Assembly: GCF_026210795.1 (NCBI RefSeq) | Contig: NC_089429.1 | Span: forward strand, 2,790,001 to 2,854,000 | DNA from: Rhizophagus irregularis | Lineage: Eukaryota | DNA: 64,000 bases | Reading direction: 5' to 3' | Shown here: positions 53,036 to 64,000 of the stretch, one piece after another | Layout of the letters: every line of letters starts with the position of its first letter | How positions within the stretch are numbered: the first letter of the stretch is position 1 | Translations under genes and position numbers: made by a program | The notes under the pieces: generated by a model | Seen by the model: only the letters and a program-made list of their open reading frames with translations | What the model was told of the DNA's origin: nothing | Database searches by the model: none

Positions 53036-56000
53036 TCAAATGCACAAGTTGACCAGCTGATAGCTAAACCTGTTGTTAAAGTAGCAGCTGTTGTTACTTG
53101 TATTTTTAGCTAATTCATCTACCATTTCATTCATAACATCTCCACTATGTCCCTTAACTTTCACTAATTCTAGATCCATCTTTTTTTCTTGTAAAAGAAT
53201 ATCTATCTTGAGTAAGATTAAAGAATTAGTCTGTTTTAGTAGTTTCCTGCCTGATTTATTATGTTGATTATTGATCATGTAGATGGCGCTTTGACTGTCT
53301 GTATAGATCCTGATTTTTGCATTCATAGGACCTGTAAGTAATGCCAGGAAAATGGCCACTAATTCTGCACGTGTAGATGAGGGCCATAATGATAAATTTG
53401 TTTGGGCTGACAAAGCAGGTTCATTATTAACACAAAACGCTGCACCCATATTTGTGTACACTAGATTAGGGTTTTGTTTGCCCACTGATGTAGGGATGCT
53501 TGGCATGAGCGAACCATCTGTGTAATATTCTACCTCTGTTCTCTCTGCTAGTATATTTCTAATATCTATTAGTTGAGCTTTCAAGTTATCATCATCTATC
53601 CATCTGTGAATCCATATGTCTTGAACCAATGGTAAACTAATTATAGGATTTAGGGCCGCTGTTGGTACCATATCATCAGGTATCGTAGTGTTAGATCGAT
53701 GAGTTGATGACAACCATTCGCTAGGGAAATTCCAACCGCGCATATTAGAACTTTTTCTAATATTACCACCTTGCAATAGTAAGCCGGTATGGATCGTCAG
53801 TGTCCTGCCATCCTATGATTCCGTTATTATTGTATCCCAGTCGATAATTCACTAAAATCCCCTGTTCGTGTCAGAGTATTTTGTTAACTTTGCCTATTGA
53901 CCATGCGTCTGAATTAGCCAAAGGTTCCCGAACATAGACAACTTGTTTACGGCGTGCGTCTGGTGTGATATCCATTAAAAAGGCCCAATGGTTAACTTTA
54001 GCAAGCTTCAGATCATCATTTACCGTTAAATTATCTATTCTGGATGTGCACAAATAGGTCACATCACAATACCATCTGGCTACCCTTCCTTGTACCGGGA
54101 GTAATGCTAATTTACGATATTGTTTCCATGTCATAAGATGTGTACCCCTGATAAATAATTGATCAATATAGAATATTGGGTAATGTGGGCTTTGGTTTAT
54201 CCGATTGTGAGTTGATATTGTTTAAAGAACTTTAATATCAGCTCTTTCCCCCCTAATACACTCCAGATTGATCTATCAATCGGGTCTATCGCCATTGTCA
54301 TGTCGAGGGTTTTAGCTATTACCAATGCATTAAATGAGACGTTTTTCCGGGCTTAGGCTTTATCCAAGGCATTACTTGAAGATCGTAGTCAAAAATTGGA
54401 TCCGTAATGAGTGATTTAAGCTGCGCGTCTCTGAGTCTAATCTGTGTTAATGTCGCTGCGTATGAATCACTATTCAACCTAATCGTTAAGTCTGTTATGG
54501 TATTGATGCAGTGGAGTTTCCATGGATGATCCATACCGAGACATCCCTCATGAAATAATAATGACGAAGGTGTGTTCTTAGGTAATTTCAACCAATTTTT
54601 TACCACCTTCATTACCGGAGCAAATATGTGATTCCAATCATGCTCTGATAATGTCATAATTTGAGCTGTATATATTAGTCTAGGTATTAATACTTTATTG
54701 ATTAGGTAAATGCATTGACCAGCTGAAACGAATTTCCTACGGACTATAGTACAAAAATCGTTGACTATCATAGATATTGGCGTTGCATCCATCATCGTCT
54801 GCTCAGTTTATTGGAGAACCAGACTCTGAGATACCTTATTTCCTCATTTGTGGCTTGAATTATAGAACGATCACGACCTAGTTCAATATTTTGTTCGTGC
54901 CATTCCACAGTTGGGTTGATGATTATCAATTCTGACTTCTTAGCGTTGATATCAATATCATTAATTATATAGAATTCATTTGCTATATCTACTATATTTT
55001 GCATCCTAAATCTTGATGATTCTAAGAATATCGTATCATCCATATATGCACATACGGGAACCTGAAGCCTGTATTGCGTCCATGTGATAGGGTCATTAAT
55101 ATCATTCGGCCAGGTAACCTTCATTTCATATCTGCTGTCTTTGATTTGCTGTATTCTTATCAACAGCGGATCATAAAAAATTCGCCACAATAGCGGGGAA
55201 AGTGCGTCGCCCCTGATCAATTCTGTCATTTCCGGTGAACCCATCACTTAGTCCATACGCTGTGGCTACTTTAAGGTGTCTGTGTTTGAAGAGGGCTATA
55301 ATCCATTCAACCAATGATGCTGGGATGTCAATACGAAGCATGGCTCGTTTTAAAACCTCTAATCCCACTGAGTCAAACGCCTTTTTCATATCCTGTGTGA
55401 GGACCCATAGTTCCTTACTATTTTCCCTGGCATCTTCTATAAAATTGTTAACTAGGTGTATTGGTTCGCTTGTGCATTCTCCAGATAAACCGCAACAATT
55501 GTATCCCTGTAGTACGTTACATTGTTTCAAAACTGAACTCAACCTATTCGTGATCATCTTTGTAAAGGTTTTCCGAAAACAATCCAACAATGCAATAGGT
55601 CGAGTATTCAAAATGTTGTATTCAAAGTTGATGGGCTTAGGTATGGGAAGAATGACCGATGTTTTCCATGCCATAGGCACAAGTCCAGTTTGTAATGTCA
55701 AGTTTCCGAACTTGACCATGAAGAGGATTAATTCCTCAGGCAATCACAGGTCGAAATTAGTTAAATAGGGTATTAATAGGTTATCAATAGGTTATCAATC
55801 GGCTATCAATAGGCTACCCTATTGGTAGCCTATTGAACTTGCGCCATAATCCGTCACCAATCGGGCAGGCTGATTGTTAGCCAATTAATAACTTATTGAT
55901 AACCTATTAGTATCCTATTGGTATTTTTATCAAATTGGTTATCAATAAGATCAATAAGGTATTAATAGGTTATCAATAGGTTATCAATCAGCCTGCCCGA

Positions 56001-56650
56001 TTGGTGATGGATTATGGCGCAAGTTCAATAGGCTACCAATAGGGTAGCCTATTGATAGCCGATTGATAACCTATTGATAACCTATTGATACCCTATTTAA
56101 CTAATTTCGACCTGTGTTAATTGTAAGATGATTCTGTAATTTATACCAGACAACCCCGCAGCCGACTCTTTATTTAATTCTTTAACGGTATTATTCCATT
56201 CTGCCATAGTGATCTTTTCTATTGTAGATTCCATCACTTCTTTGAATTTACCTACGGGTTCATAAATTTGTCACCAAATTGGTGTCATTGTATCCAGCAG
56301 TGTGTTTCTTTTCCTAAACATGTTCGCGAAATCATTGTCCACTGCTTTTTTAACTTCTCTCGGTTCTGTAGCTAGTCTTTTAGTCGAAATTCCTGTTTCC
56401 TCATTTACTAACACTTTATCTATAACTATATTAGTGAGAGTGTTTCTATCTAATATGCTGGATAGCCATTTTGTTTGATAATCTCGTGTAATTTCTACTC
56501 TCTTGTCTATTCTATCTTTAATAGACTTCGTTTCTGCTGATTTGTATTTTTTGTAATCCGCTCTCAGGCGGTAATTCACTTTTGTTTTAAGAGTATCAAA
56601 CCACTCTTCCGAAAATATGCCATGCGTGGTTATGTTACACTTGTAATTGT
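53036..56650 (-). mobile_element. Non-LTR retrotransposon (LINE) RT-RNase H remnant, 5'-truncated
   Basis: RT motifs ILPIPKP, RPIALL, QDMKKAFDSV, QGD-LSPLLW, AYMDD; RNase H motifs YTDGS, RAELVAI, TDSQ, KVKGHSG...NEMVDELAK. Frameshifted. Confidence 0.92.
55745..56116. mobile_element. Palindromic MITE with CACAGGTCGAAA termini inside the LINE RT
   Basis: Near-perfect inverted arms of about 150 bp; same terminus as 17504; interrupts IILQLPEE. TSD ambiguous. Confidence 0.9.
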
Positions 56651-56742
56651 CCTCAGTTGATGTAACATAGTCTTGATTATCATAATAAATATTTTCAAAC
56701 AATAAAAATAATTATTTTATATCAGAGTTTGTATTACCATCT

Positions 56743-57068
56743 TTAAACGCAAATATATCAAGATTCACTGATCCGTTTTCTATAAGTTTAGGCTCGTTGG
56801 AAAGCCCTTGTTCTGGACTTTATAGGCGAAAAAAGAGCTCACCGATTGAATCATTAAATCCGGAGATATTTACGTTTAAAGTTGAGGTATAAACTTTTTA
56901 ACATGCTTAAATGCAAATATCTTGGGATCCACTGATCCATTTTTTATAAATTTAGGCTCTTTGGAAAGCCTTTGATCTGGTCTATATGAACGAAAAAAGA
57001 GCTTGCCAATTGGATTACTGGATCTGGAGATATTTACGTTTTAAGTTGAGATACAAATTTTTAACATA
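56743..57068. repeat. Two diverged tandem copies of a unit of about 164 bp
   Basis: tttaggctc.ttggaaagcc.ttg.tctgg...gaaaaaagagct...ggagatatttacgttt occurs twice. Confidence 0.8.
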
Positions 57069-58234
57069 TATAGTAAGTGTTAAGAATTATATTAATTTAA
57101 AAGAAATATTTACCAAATTATAGTATAATAACATTAAATAAAAATTTTTTAATACTTATTTCCAATTTACTGTATATTATATAGTATTTTGTATAATAAA
57201 AATGTAATAAAATTAATATTTTAATTAAAGGTAGACAAATCAGCCCATATGTCCAGTACCTTTAATAAGTGTAGTATTATCAATTTTGCCTTAATTATAT
57301 GTAGTAAAAAATTAGTTATTCTACTTACCCTTCACATTATAAATACTATTTACGTTAAGAGTACCATTCACGTTTGCACTGTGAAAATCTATTCTAATAA
57401 TAGGCGAGATTCTCATCTTACCTAATTAACATTGCATAAATTATCACATACTACTGATTCCTTACTATAAAATATTTATTTATATATATTATGTAAAGGG
57501 ATAATGATATAATTACATGTGTCAAATACTTTTTATACTTTTTTAATTTTAGTATAAAAAATTAATCAAATTATATCAATATAATTATATAAGTAATTCA
57601 ATGTATAGACTTAACTAATTATACTATTATTATATTTAATAAGTTAATAAATTTGCATTTTTTTAATTGTTTATATAATATTATATAAAATTTTTATATA
57701 CTATAAATACTTTACTAAAAATATACATTTTTCTGAATTGATTTTATAATTATTTTGAAATACTTCTGTTATATTGAAATTATTTTGTAATATTTGATTT
57801 TATTTTGTAATAAATTTGAAAAATTTTACAGATATTATTCAATAAAATAACTGAAATGTAATGATACGAAATAATTCTGTAATATATTTTATATACTGAT
57901 TTTATTTTAATATTATTTTGAAAAATTTTACAGATATTATTCAATAAAATAACTGAAATATAATGATATGAAATAATTCTGTAATATATTTTATATACTG
58001 ATTTTATTTTAATATTATTTTGAAATATTATTCAATAAAATAACTGAAACATAAATAATATGAAATTATTCTGTAATATATTTTTCATATTGATTTTATT
58101 TTATAATAAATTTAATATTACTTTGAAAAATATTACAAATATTATTTAAAAAACTAATTGAAATATTTTGTAATTGTAATATTATACTTAATTTGAAATA
58201 ATACTAGTTTTATGATTTTACCTAGTAGTAATTA

Positions 58235-58784
58235 CAGTAGGCGATCAAAAGTATACGGACACCTTGTTTTACAAAATTATGTAGATTACCATATGGGTAT
58301 ATGATATGAATAACACATGATTTTGAATTTAGGATCATGATAAACAAATGCACTTAATTTTTCAGACTTTCCTTTTTTAGTTAATTTTTTATCAAACATG
58401 GAATCATTTGCACTAAAATTGTCAAAAACATAAGATTAGGAATCTTGATTTTAAACTTACTGAAAATCTCTGGGCAGATATAAAAACAATTATTTACCCA
58501 CTTTCTGACATACTTCACTATCATTTTAACTTGAAAAAAATAATAAAGAATGCACAAAAAAAAATATTTCTCAAGAATATATAAGAAAATTAATCAATAT
58601 GATGCATGGAAAATTGAAGTAATTACTGCCATAAATTAAATTATTAGCGCCTATATTTTTATGTAATTCAATAAATGAAGATAAAATAAATATGTTTACT
58701 TTATATTTTTAGTTTTATTTTATATTATATGTATGAGAATTTTTTTAATTTGAGAGATGTCCGTATACTTTTGATCGCCTACTG
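58235..58784 (+). mobile_element. Internally deleted Tc1-like element
   Basis: Perfect 27-bp TIR cagtaggcgatcaaaagtatacggaca, TA TSD, and internal remnant ENLWADIK resembling Tc1 (SPDLNPI)ENLW. Confidence 0.9.
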
Positions 58785-58852
58785 TACATTTATTATTACA
58801 TTTATAACTAGTACTCTAGCAACATTAAACTACATTCATTATATTATTATTT

Positions 58853-60430
58853 TTACCAATTCATAAAGGTTCTAATATCTATTTCTTTTGCAAATGTTGT
58901 TCCACCCTCGCATGTAACATTTACATCAACTGTTTGCCGATCCAATTCGTGCAAATCTGCAAGAATAGTATGTCGCCAATCAGTTCGTTTATTACTAGTA
59001 ATTTCATCATCATAGTACTCTGTACGATTAACATTAAGTTTGACATAGTGTCTAACCATTATAAAAAGAACATTTGAAATGAAATTTTTAAGTAATGACC
59101 ATGATGTATGATCATTTACAAGTTCAACTTTTTTGACCTTTTTTATTTGAGATTGAAATACATTAATTACATCATCACTTGAAATAAAGTTCTTTATTAT
59201 GTGTGTTTCACTAGGTAGTTTATCCAAAGTACAACTAAAATATGCATGACAAATAAAAATTAAATAATAATCAATAATGTGTAGTATAACTAATACATAC
59301 TTATAACGATCCATAAAATCAAATGCAATCATTAAACAATCATCATAAAGACGTGTTTTCCAAGTTGCAAACCAACTTCGACCTTTACTTTTTGCATCTG
59401 AGGCATTCAAAGTTACACTGAGATGATTGGCACAATTTCGGGCTAATGCAAGAATTAATTGTGGTGTTGGTTTCTGAATTCGTATAAAAAGTATTTTACA
59501 TTCGTCAATAAAAAGATTAACTAGAAGATTCTTTAAACAATAAAAAATATATTAGTAAAAATAATCATTTTATGTATATACTGTATATAAAAGGAACTAT
59601 AATAAAATGTAAAGTGAACTTACATCATTTACTTGAGAAGATGGTTTAGTAATTATCGTAGTATCTTGATTTATTATTTGATTATTAGATGGATTTACAC
59701 TAGGAGTTGTAAAAGCTGCTAAATTGTTTGATGAAGATACAGCAGTTATCATTTGCATAAAAGCAGAAACCAATGTAGTTATATTATTAGGTTGTTGAGT
59801 TATTGTTGCAGTTAATGAATCAGTTGTAACAGATGGTGTATTGACTGATGATGAAGTTTGGTTATTAACTGGTGGTTGTAAATCAGATATTTGAGTCGTA
59901 TCTGTAGATATATTAGCTGATTGTTGTAAATCAGATGCTTGAACCATATTTGCAGATATATTATCCGATAAAGAAGTCTTTTGTTGATCATTAACGGAAA
60001 TTTCTTGTAATATATCATCAGGAATAGATAAAACGAATTTATTTCTGCTATCACTTTCATTATCAGAATCAAATTCTTCTATATTAATAACATCTTTATT
60101 TTCATCCAAAATTTATCATAATAATTAATATAGTTAATTCAAATCGTAACTAAATATAAAACTTAAACTGTTAATATCATATACTATACCTTCATGATCA
60201 ACTTTAGTTCGCTTATTATGATGTTTTTGAATATTATCATTATCTTTTATTATTTAACAATAGTAATTAGTATATAGTCAATTTTTTCATAGTGTAAATT
60301 TTTAATTAAATAAGTATTATCTTACTTGAATCAGATTCTACATCTTTATCGAAATTAATTTGTCTAGTTTTAATTTTATTTTTTGCACTAATATTGCGTC
60401 GTGTATTAGTTTTCCCTTTGGTCTACCTCT
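58853..60430 (-). pseudogene. Multi-exon accessory gene divergent from the 61.3-64 kb transposase
   Basis: Exon fragments RGRGRPKGKTN, a Q/S/T-rich region (59597-60109) and 58853-59410; the start is approximate. Confidence 0.5.
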
Positions 60431-60573
60431 ACCTCTACCCCTACCCATATTTAAATATTAAAAGAAAATTTTATTTAATTTTTTTTTTCAAAATGGATTT
60501 TATATCCTTTTATCCAATTTTAAGACTTAATTGGTTTAGTATAGCTGATAAATTAAACTTTTTTATTGAAAAG

Positions 60574-60940
60574 TACTTTACTAAAAATGGCCAATTTTTT
60601 GAAATATTTTTATAGACCTAGATACAATGGCTTTCAAAACAATTGTGCAATTATTTTGTAAAATTTTTAAAATATATCAAGATATATTTGAGGTATTTTT
60701 GAGATTAAAATATTAAAATAATATCAAAGTTAATTATATTATAATAATAAAATAATAACAAAAACATTAAAAAATTATTGTGATATTATTATGAGTTATT
60801 TTTATAGACCTAGATACAATATAATTACAAAATAATAACAAAAATACAATAAAACCATTTTGATGTATTAAATGTATTTTTGTAGTATTTCAAAATTATT
60901 ACAAAATCATGTCAAAAAATTGGCCATTTTTAGTAAAGTA
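60574..60940. mobile_element. MITE
   Basis: Inverted repeat tactttactaaaaatggccaattttttga at both ends; the outer TA may be the TSD. Confidence 0.75.
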
Positions 60941-61044
60941 TAAAAAGTATGTAATAATTAGGTAATTTTGAATTGACTATAATTATTATAGTATAGTCTC
61001 AAATTGATTATTAATAATTATAATCAATTAATAAAATAAACTTG

Positions 61045-61265
61045 GAAATAGATTTTATATAAACTTTTTTTTTTAAAAAAAAATTTTGTGTGAATAGATT
61101 TTATATAAGCTTTTTTTAAAAAAAAAAATTTTGTGTGAATAGATTTTATATAAGCTTTTTTTTAAAAAAAAAAAATTTCGTGTGAATAGATTTTATATAA
61201 GCTTTTTTTTTAAAAAAAAAAATCATGAAAATAGATTTTATATAAACTTTTTTTTTAAAAAAAAG
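61045..61265. repeat. Tandem repeat of about 47 bp, 4-5 copies
   Basis: atagattttatataagc(t)n(a)nttttgtgtga. Confidence 0.85.
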
Positions 61266-61395
61266 AAACTTTTAAAAAATATAAAAAAAAATTTACATCA
61301 AAAAATAATAATTATCCATTTTTAAAATCTAAAGTTATCAAATGTTTCTTAGAAAACGCAAAGCAGGCTTAAGTCAGCGATAACAGAATCAGAAT

Positions 61396-62184
61396 TAGTG
61401 CTCCTAACAGATCAGATCAGACCAGATTTTACTTAGATTCAATCTGATCTGAAATTAATTAAATCTGATCTGATCTGATCTGATCTGAATCAGATCGGTT
61501 TAAATTTAATCTGAATCAGATCAGATTTAATCAGATTCGAATCTGATCTGATCTGATTCGAATCTGATTAAATCTGATCTGATCTGAATCTGATCTGAAT
61601 CTGATCTGAATCTGGTCTGAATCTAAATAAATATGTTATAAATTCTAAAGTTATAATTTGTAATTCCAGTCAAATTCAAAATTCTGAAATTTCAGCCAAA
61701 ATGCCAAAATTAAATATGTAATTCGGCCAGAATTATGCACTTAACTCTGGCAGGAATTATTTAATTTCCAAAAAAGGAAATTTAGGTTACACAAAATGCC
61801 AAATTTGTTCCTATAAAAATCGATTTTTGTGGAACGGCTATCGCCAAAAAAGGAAATGATCGACATATCAGTTTTGGCTGGAGTTTAAAATTATGAATTA
61901 ATTCCAGCCGGCATTATGAATTCGGCTGAAATTATTAGTAAAATCAAATCTGAGATCTGAATCAAATCTGTCAAATCCAATCTGATCAGATTCAGATTTT
62001 AAATAAGCCTAATCTGAATCTGATCTGATCTGATCTGATCTGATCTGAAATTAATCTGATTTATTCAGATCAAATTTTTTTGATCTGAATCTGAACTGCA
62101 GATTAAATTTATCTAATCTGATCTGAATCTGACAGATCGGATTCAGATCAAATCTGATCAAATCAGATTTTTTTCGGAGCACTA
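61396..62184. mobile_element. hAT-type MITE
   Basis: TIR tagtgctcc/ggagcacta; perfect 8-bp TSD atcagaat; GATCT subterminal repeats like the 23050 element. Confidence 0.92.
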
Positions 62185-63477
62185 ATCAGAATATTTCATT
62201 TTGTCTACGTAAACAAAACAAAAACATGTTGAACAAGTAAAAGAAAACAATAACATAAATAAAAGTGAGAGTGAAAATGAGAAGGAAATTTCTGCTAATG
62301 AAGAGGAACAAATTGTTAATAGTGATACACTATCAATTTTATCAACAGAAAATTTAAATAGTAATAGTAATTTAGATTCTTTAATGCAAAATTTGATACC
62401 AAATGATAACTGGCAAATTGATATTTCAAATTTGTTATCTGACGATGAAATGGAATATAATGATAGTAATTTTGTGAATAAAGAAAATGAATATGAAGAT
62501 CAAACAGTAGATAGTAAAACTAAACAATATGACAATAGTAATAAAATACACAATTTTTCTGGAAAGGCAGGACCTTATTTTTCTAATTTTACACATTTTT
62601 TATTATTTATGTGGATTACAAAACACCAAATAGGTATAGTATATTTGTATATTTAAAACAAATTTAGATAAGATTTACAATAATATAACTTTATTTTAAT
62701 AAATACTAGGTTGCGAGGCATATCGGGATTTTTCAAATATTATCAAACATCCAGATTTTAATATCAGTGATGTTCCATACTCTATTATTACAATTAAAAA
62801 ATACCGGGATAGTTTACCATTAATTTCATTTAATGGTTATGATATTGAACTTAATGATCGTGATACTCCTTCAACATCAAAACCAACTCGTCAAGCATTT
62901 GTATTTCAATTAAAAAGAATTTTACAACGTATAATGCTAAATCCATCATTACGTGATCAAATGTATTTTGGTTCAGGTATTTATTCCAAAATTAGACAAG
63001 AACTATGGCATGGTGATATTTGGCATAAATCACCATTATTTGGCACTACATACATCTATATAAATAATGGTAAATATACTTTGATTATTACAACATTATA
63101 ATTGTCTAAAACTTATTTTATTTATTTATAAATCTATTTTATAGTTATGTATAACCTTGGAGACTTTATTACATATTATGATAGAAACTCCAATACTTCT
63201 ATTAACTATGAATGAATTATTGGTTTTGTTATTTATGACAAAACTAAATGTTTTTTAATAAAAGCAGAAAGAATACTTGATTTTAATTCATTACCAAATC
63301 TTCTGAAATCTCGTCAAAGAAAAAATCAAATTAATAATACACAAAAACTTTGGATGACTAATGAGAATGAAATGATTGAACTCAATTGGATTGAATCTAA
63401 AATCAATGTATGGCTTATGGATACGAAAAAACCTGACAATTATGATTATTGTATTAATGAAATTGTCATATGAGGGT

Positions 63478-63769
63478 TAGGGTTGTACTAGTACAGTACT
63501 AGTACAGTATAGTACAATACTTAAGTACTGTACTTTGTACTTGAAAATTTAGTACAAATACAATTTTAGTACATACTATTAATAAATTTTATTGGTTAAT
63601 TTTATAAATATAAACAATATTGATCACATGATATCTACCTAAAATGGTTAAATTATATCCTAAAAAGTAATAATTGTATTAGTACAGTGTACTTAGTACT
63701 TGTACGAAATTTTTGCTAGTACAGTACGTACTAGAATTTTGCTAGTACAGTTGTACTACCACAACCCTG
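63478..63769. mobile_element. hAT-like MITE
   Basis: (t/c)agggttgt TIRs with agtac subterminal repeats; interrupts NEIV|YKSNNKW. TSD degenerate. Confidence 0.75.
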
Positions 63770-64000
63770 TCTATAAGAGTAATAATAAATGGAATACACG
63801 ATCAGTTGATCTTCATCACAAACATTCAATTGAATATACTCCAATACGAAAAATTTCAGATGAGTTACCTGTTTTTAAATTTTTTCTTGATATTTATATT
63901 GATAAATTTGGACCATTTTGTAATGCATATCATGCAATAGGAGGAATCTATTTACAAATTGGAAATATGACACAAGTTATACGTCAGAAACTTAAAAATC

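Larger units (their letters stand above)
61342..64000 (+). pseudogene. CACTA/Plavaka-related transposase, runs off the window
   Basis: AGPYFSNFTHFLLFMW, IIKHPDF, QMYFG...ELWHGDIWHKSPLFG, FLDIYIDKFGPF-NAYHAIGGIYLQIGNM; two MITE insertions. Confidence 0.65.

Noticed and set aside
55235..55768. 177-aa plus-strand ORF (likewise 8971-9378, 7710-7997, 43551-43883)
   Set aside because: Antisense shadows of TE coding frames.
63472..63484. Telomere-like agggttagggtt
   Set aside because: Only two units, forming the end of a MITE.

Overview
AT-rich eukaryotic DNA with short GT-AG introns, almost entirely nested and decayed mobile elements. Composition and gene families suggest an arbuscular mycorrhizal fungus such as Rhizophagus (inference; no search was run). 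Elements seen: three CACTA/Plavaka-type two-gene transposons plus a further truncated Plavaka copy, a MULE, a hAT with large palindromic tandem arrays, a Transib/RAG1-like fragment, gag/LTR remnants, an RNase H-bearing LINE, a non-autonomous Helitron, about ten MITEs (several with readable TSDs), and Maverick/Polinton-type integrase and A32-like ATPase genes. The most unusual signal is two paralogous genes (12.8 kb minus, truncated; 33.3 kb plus, with a predicted C-terminal PD-(D/E)xK-like nuclease). Their enlarged first introns each fold into a similar multi-branched RNA displaying 4-5 copies of a paralog-specific motif in hairpin loops, and each gene lies next to a Maverick-type core gene. 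All family calls come from motif recognition by eye and need HMM confirmation.
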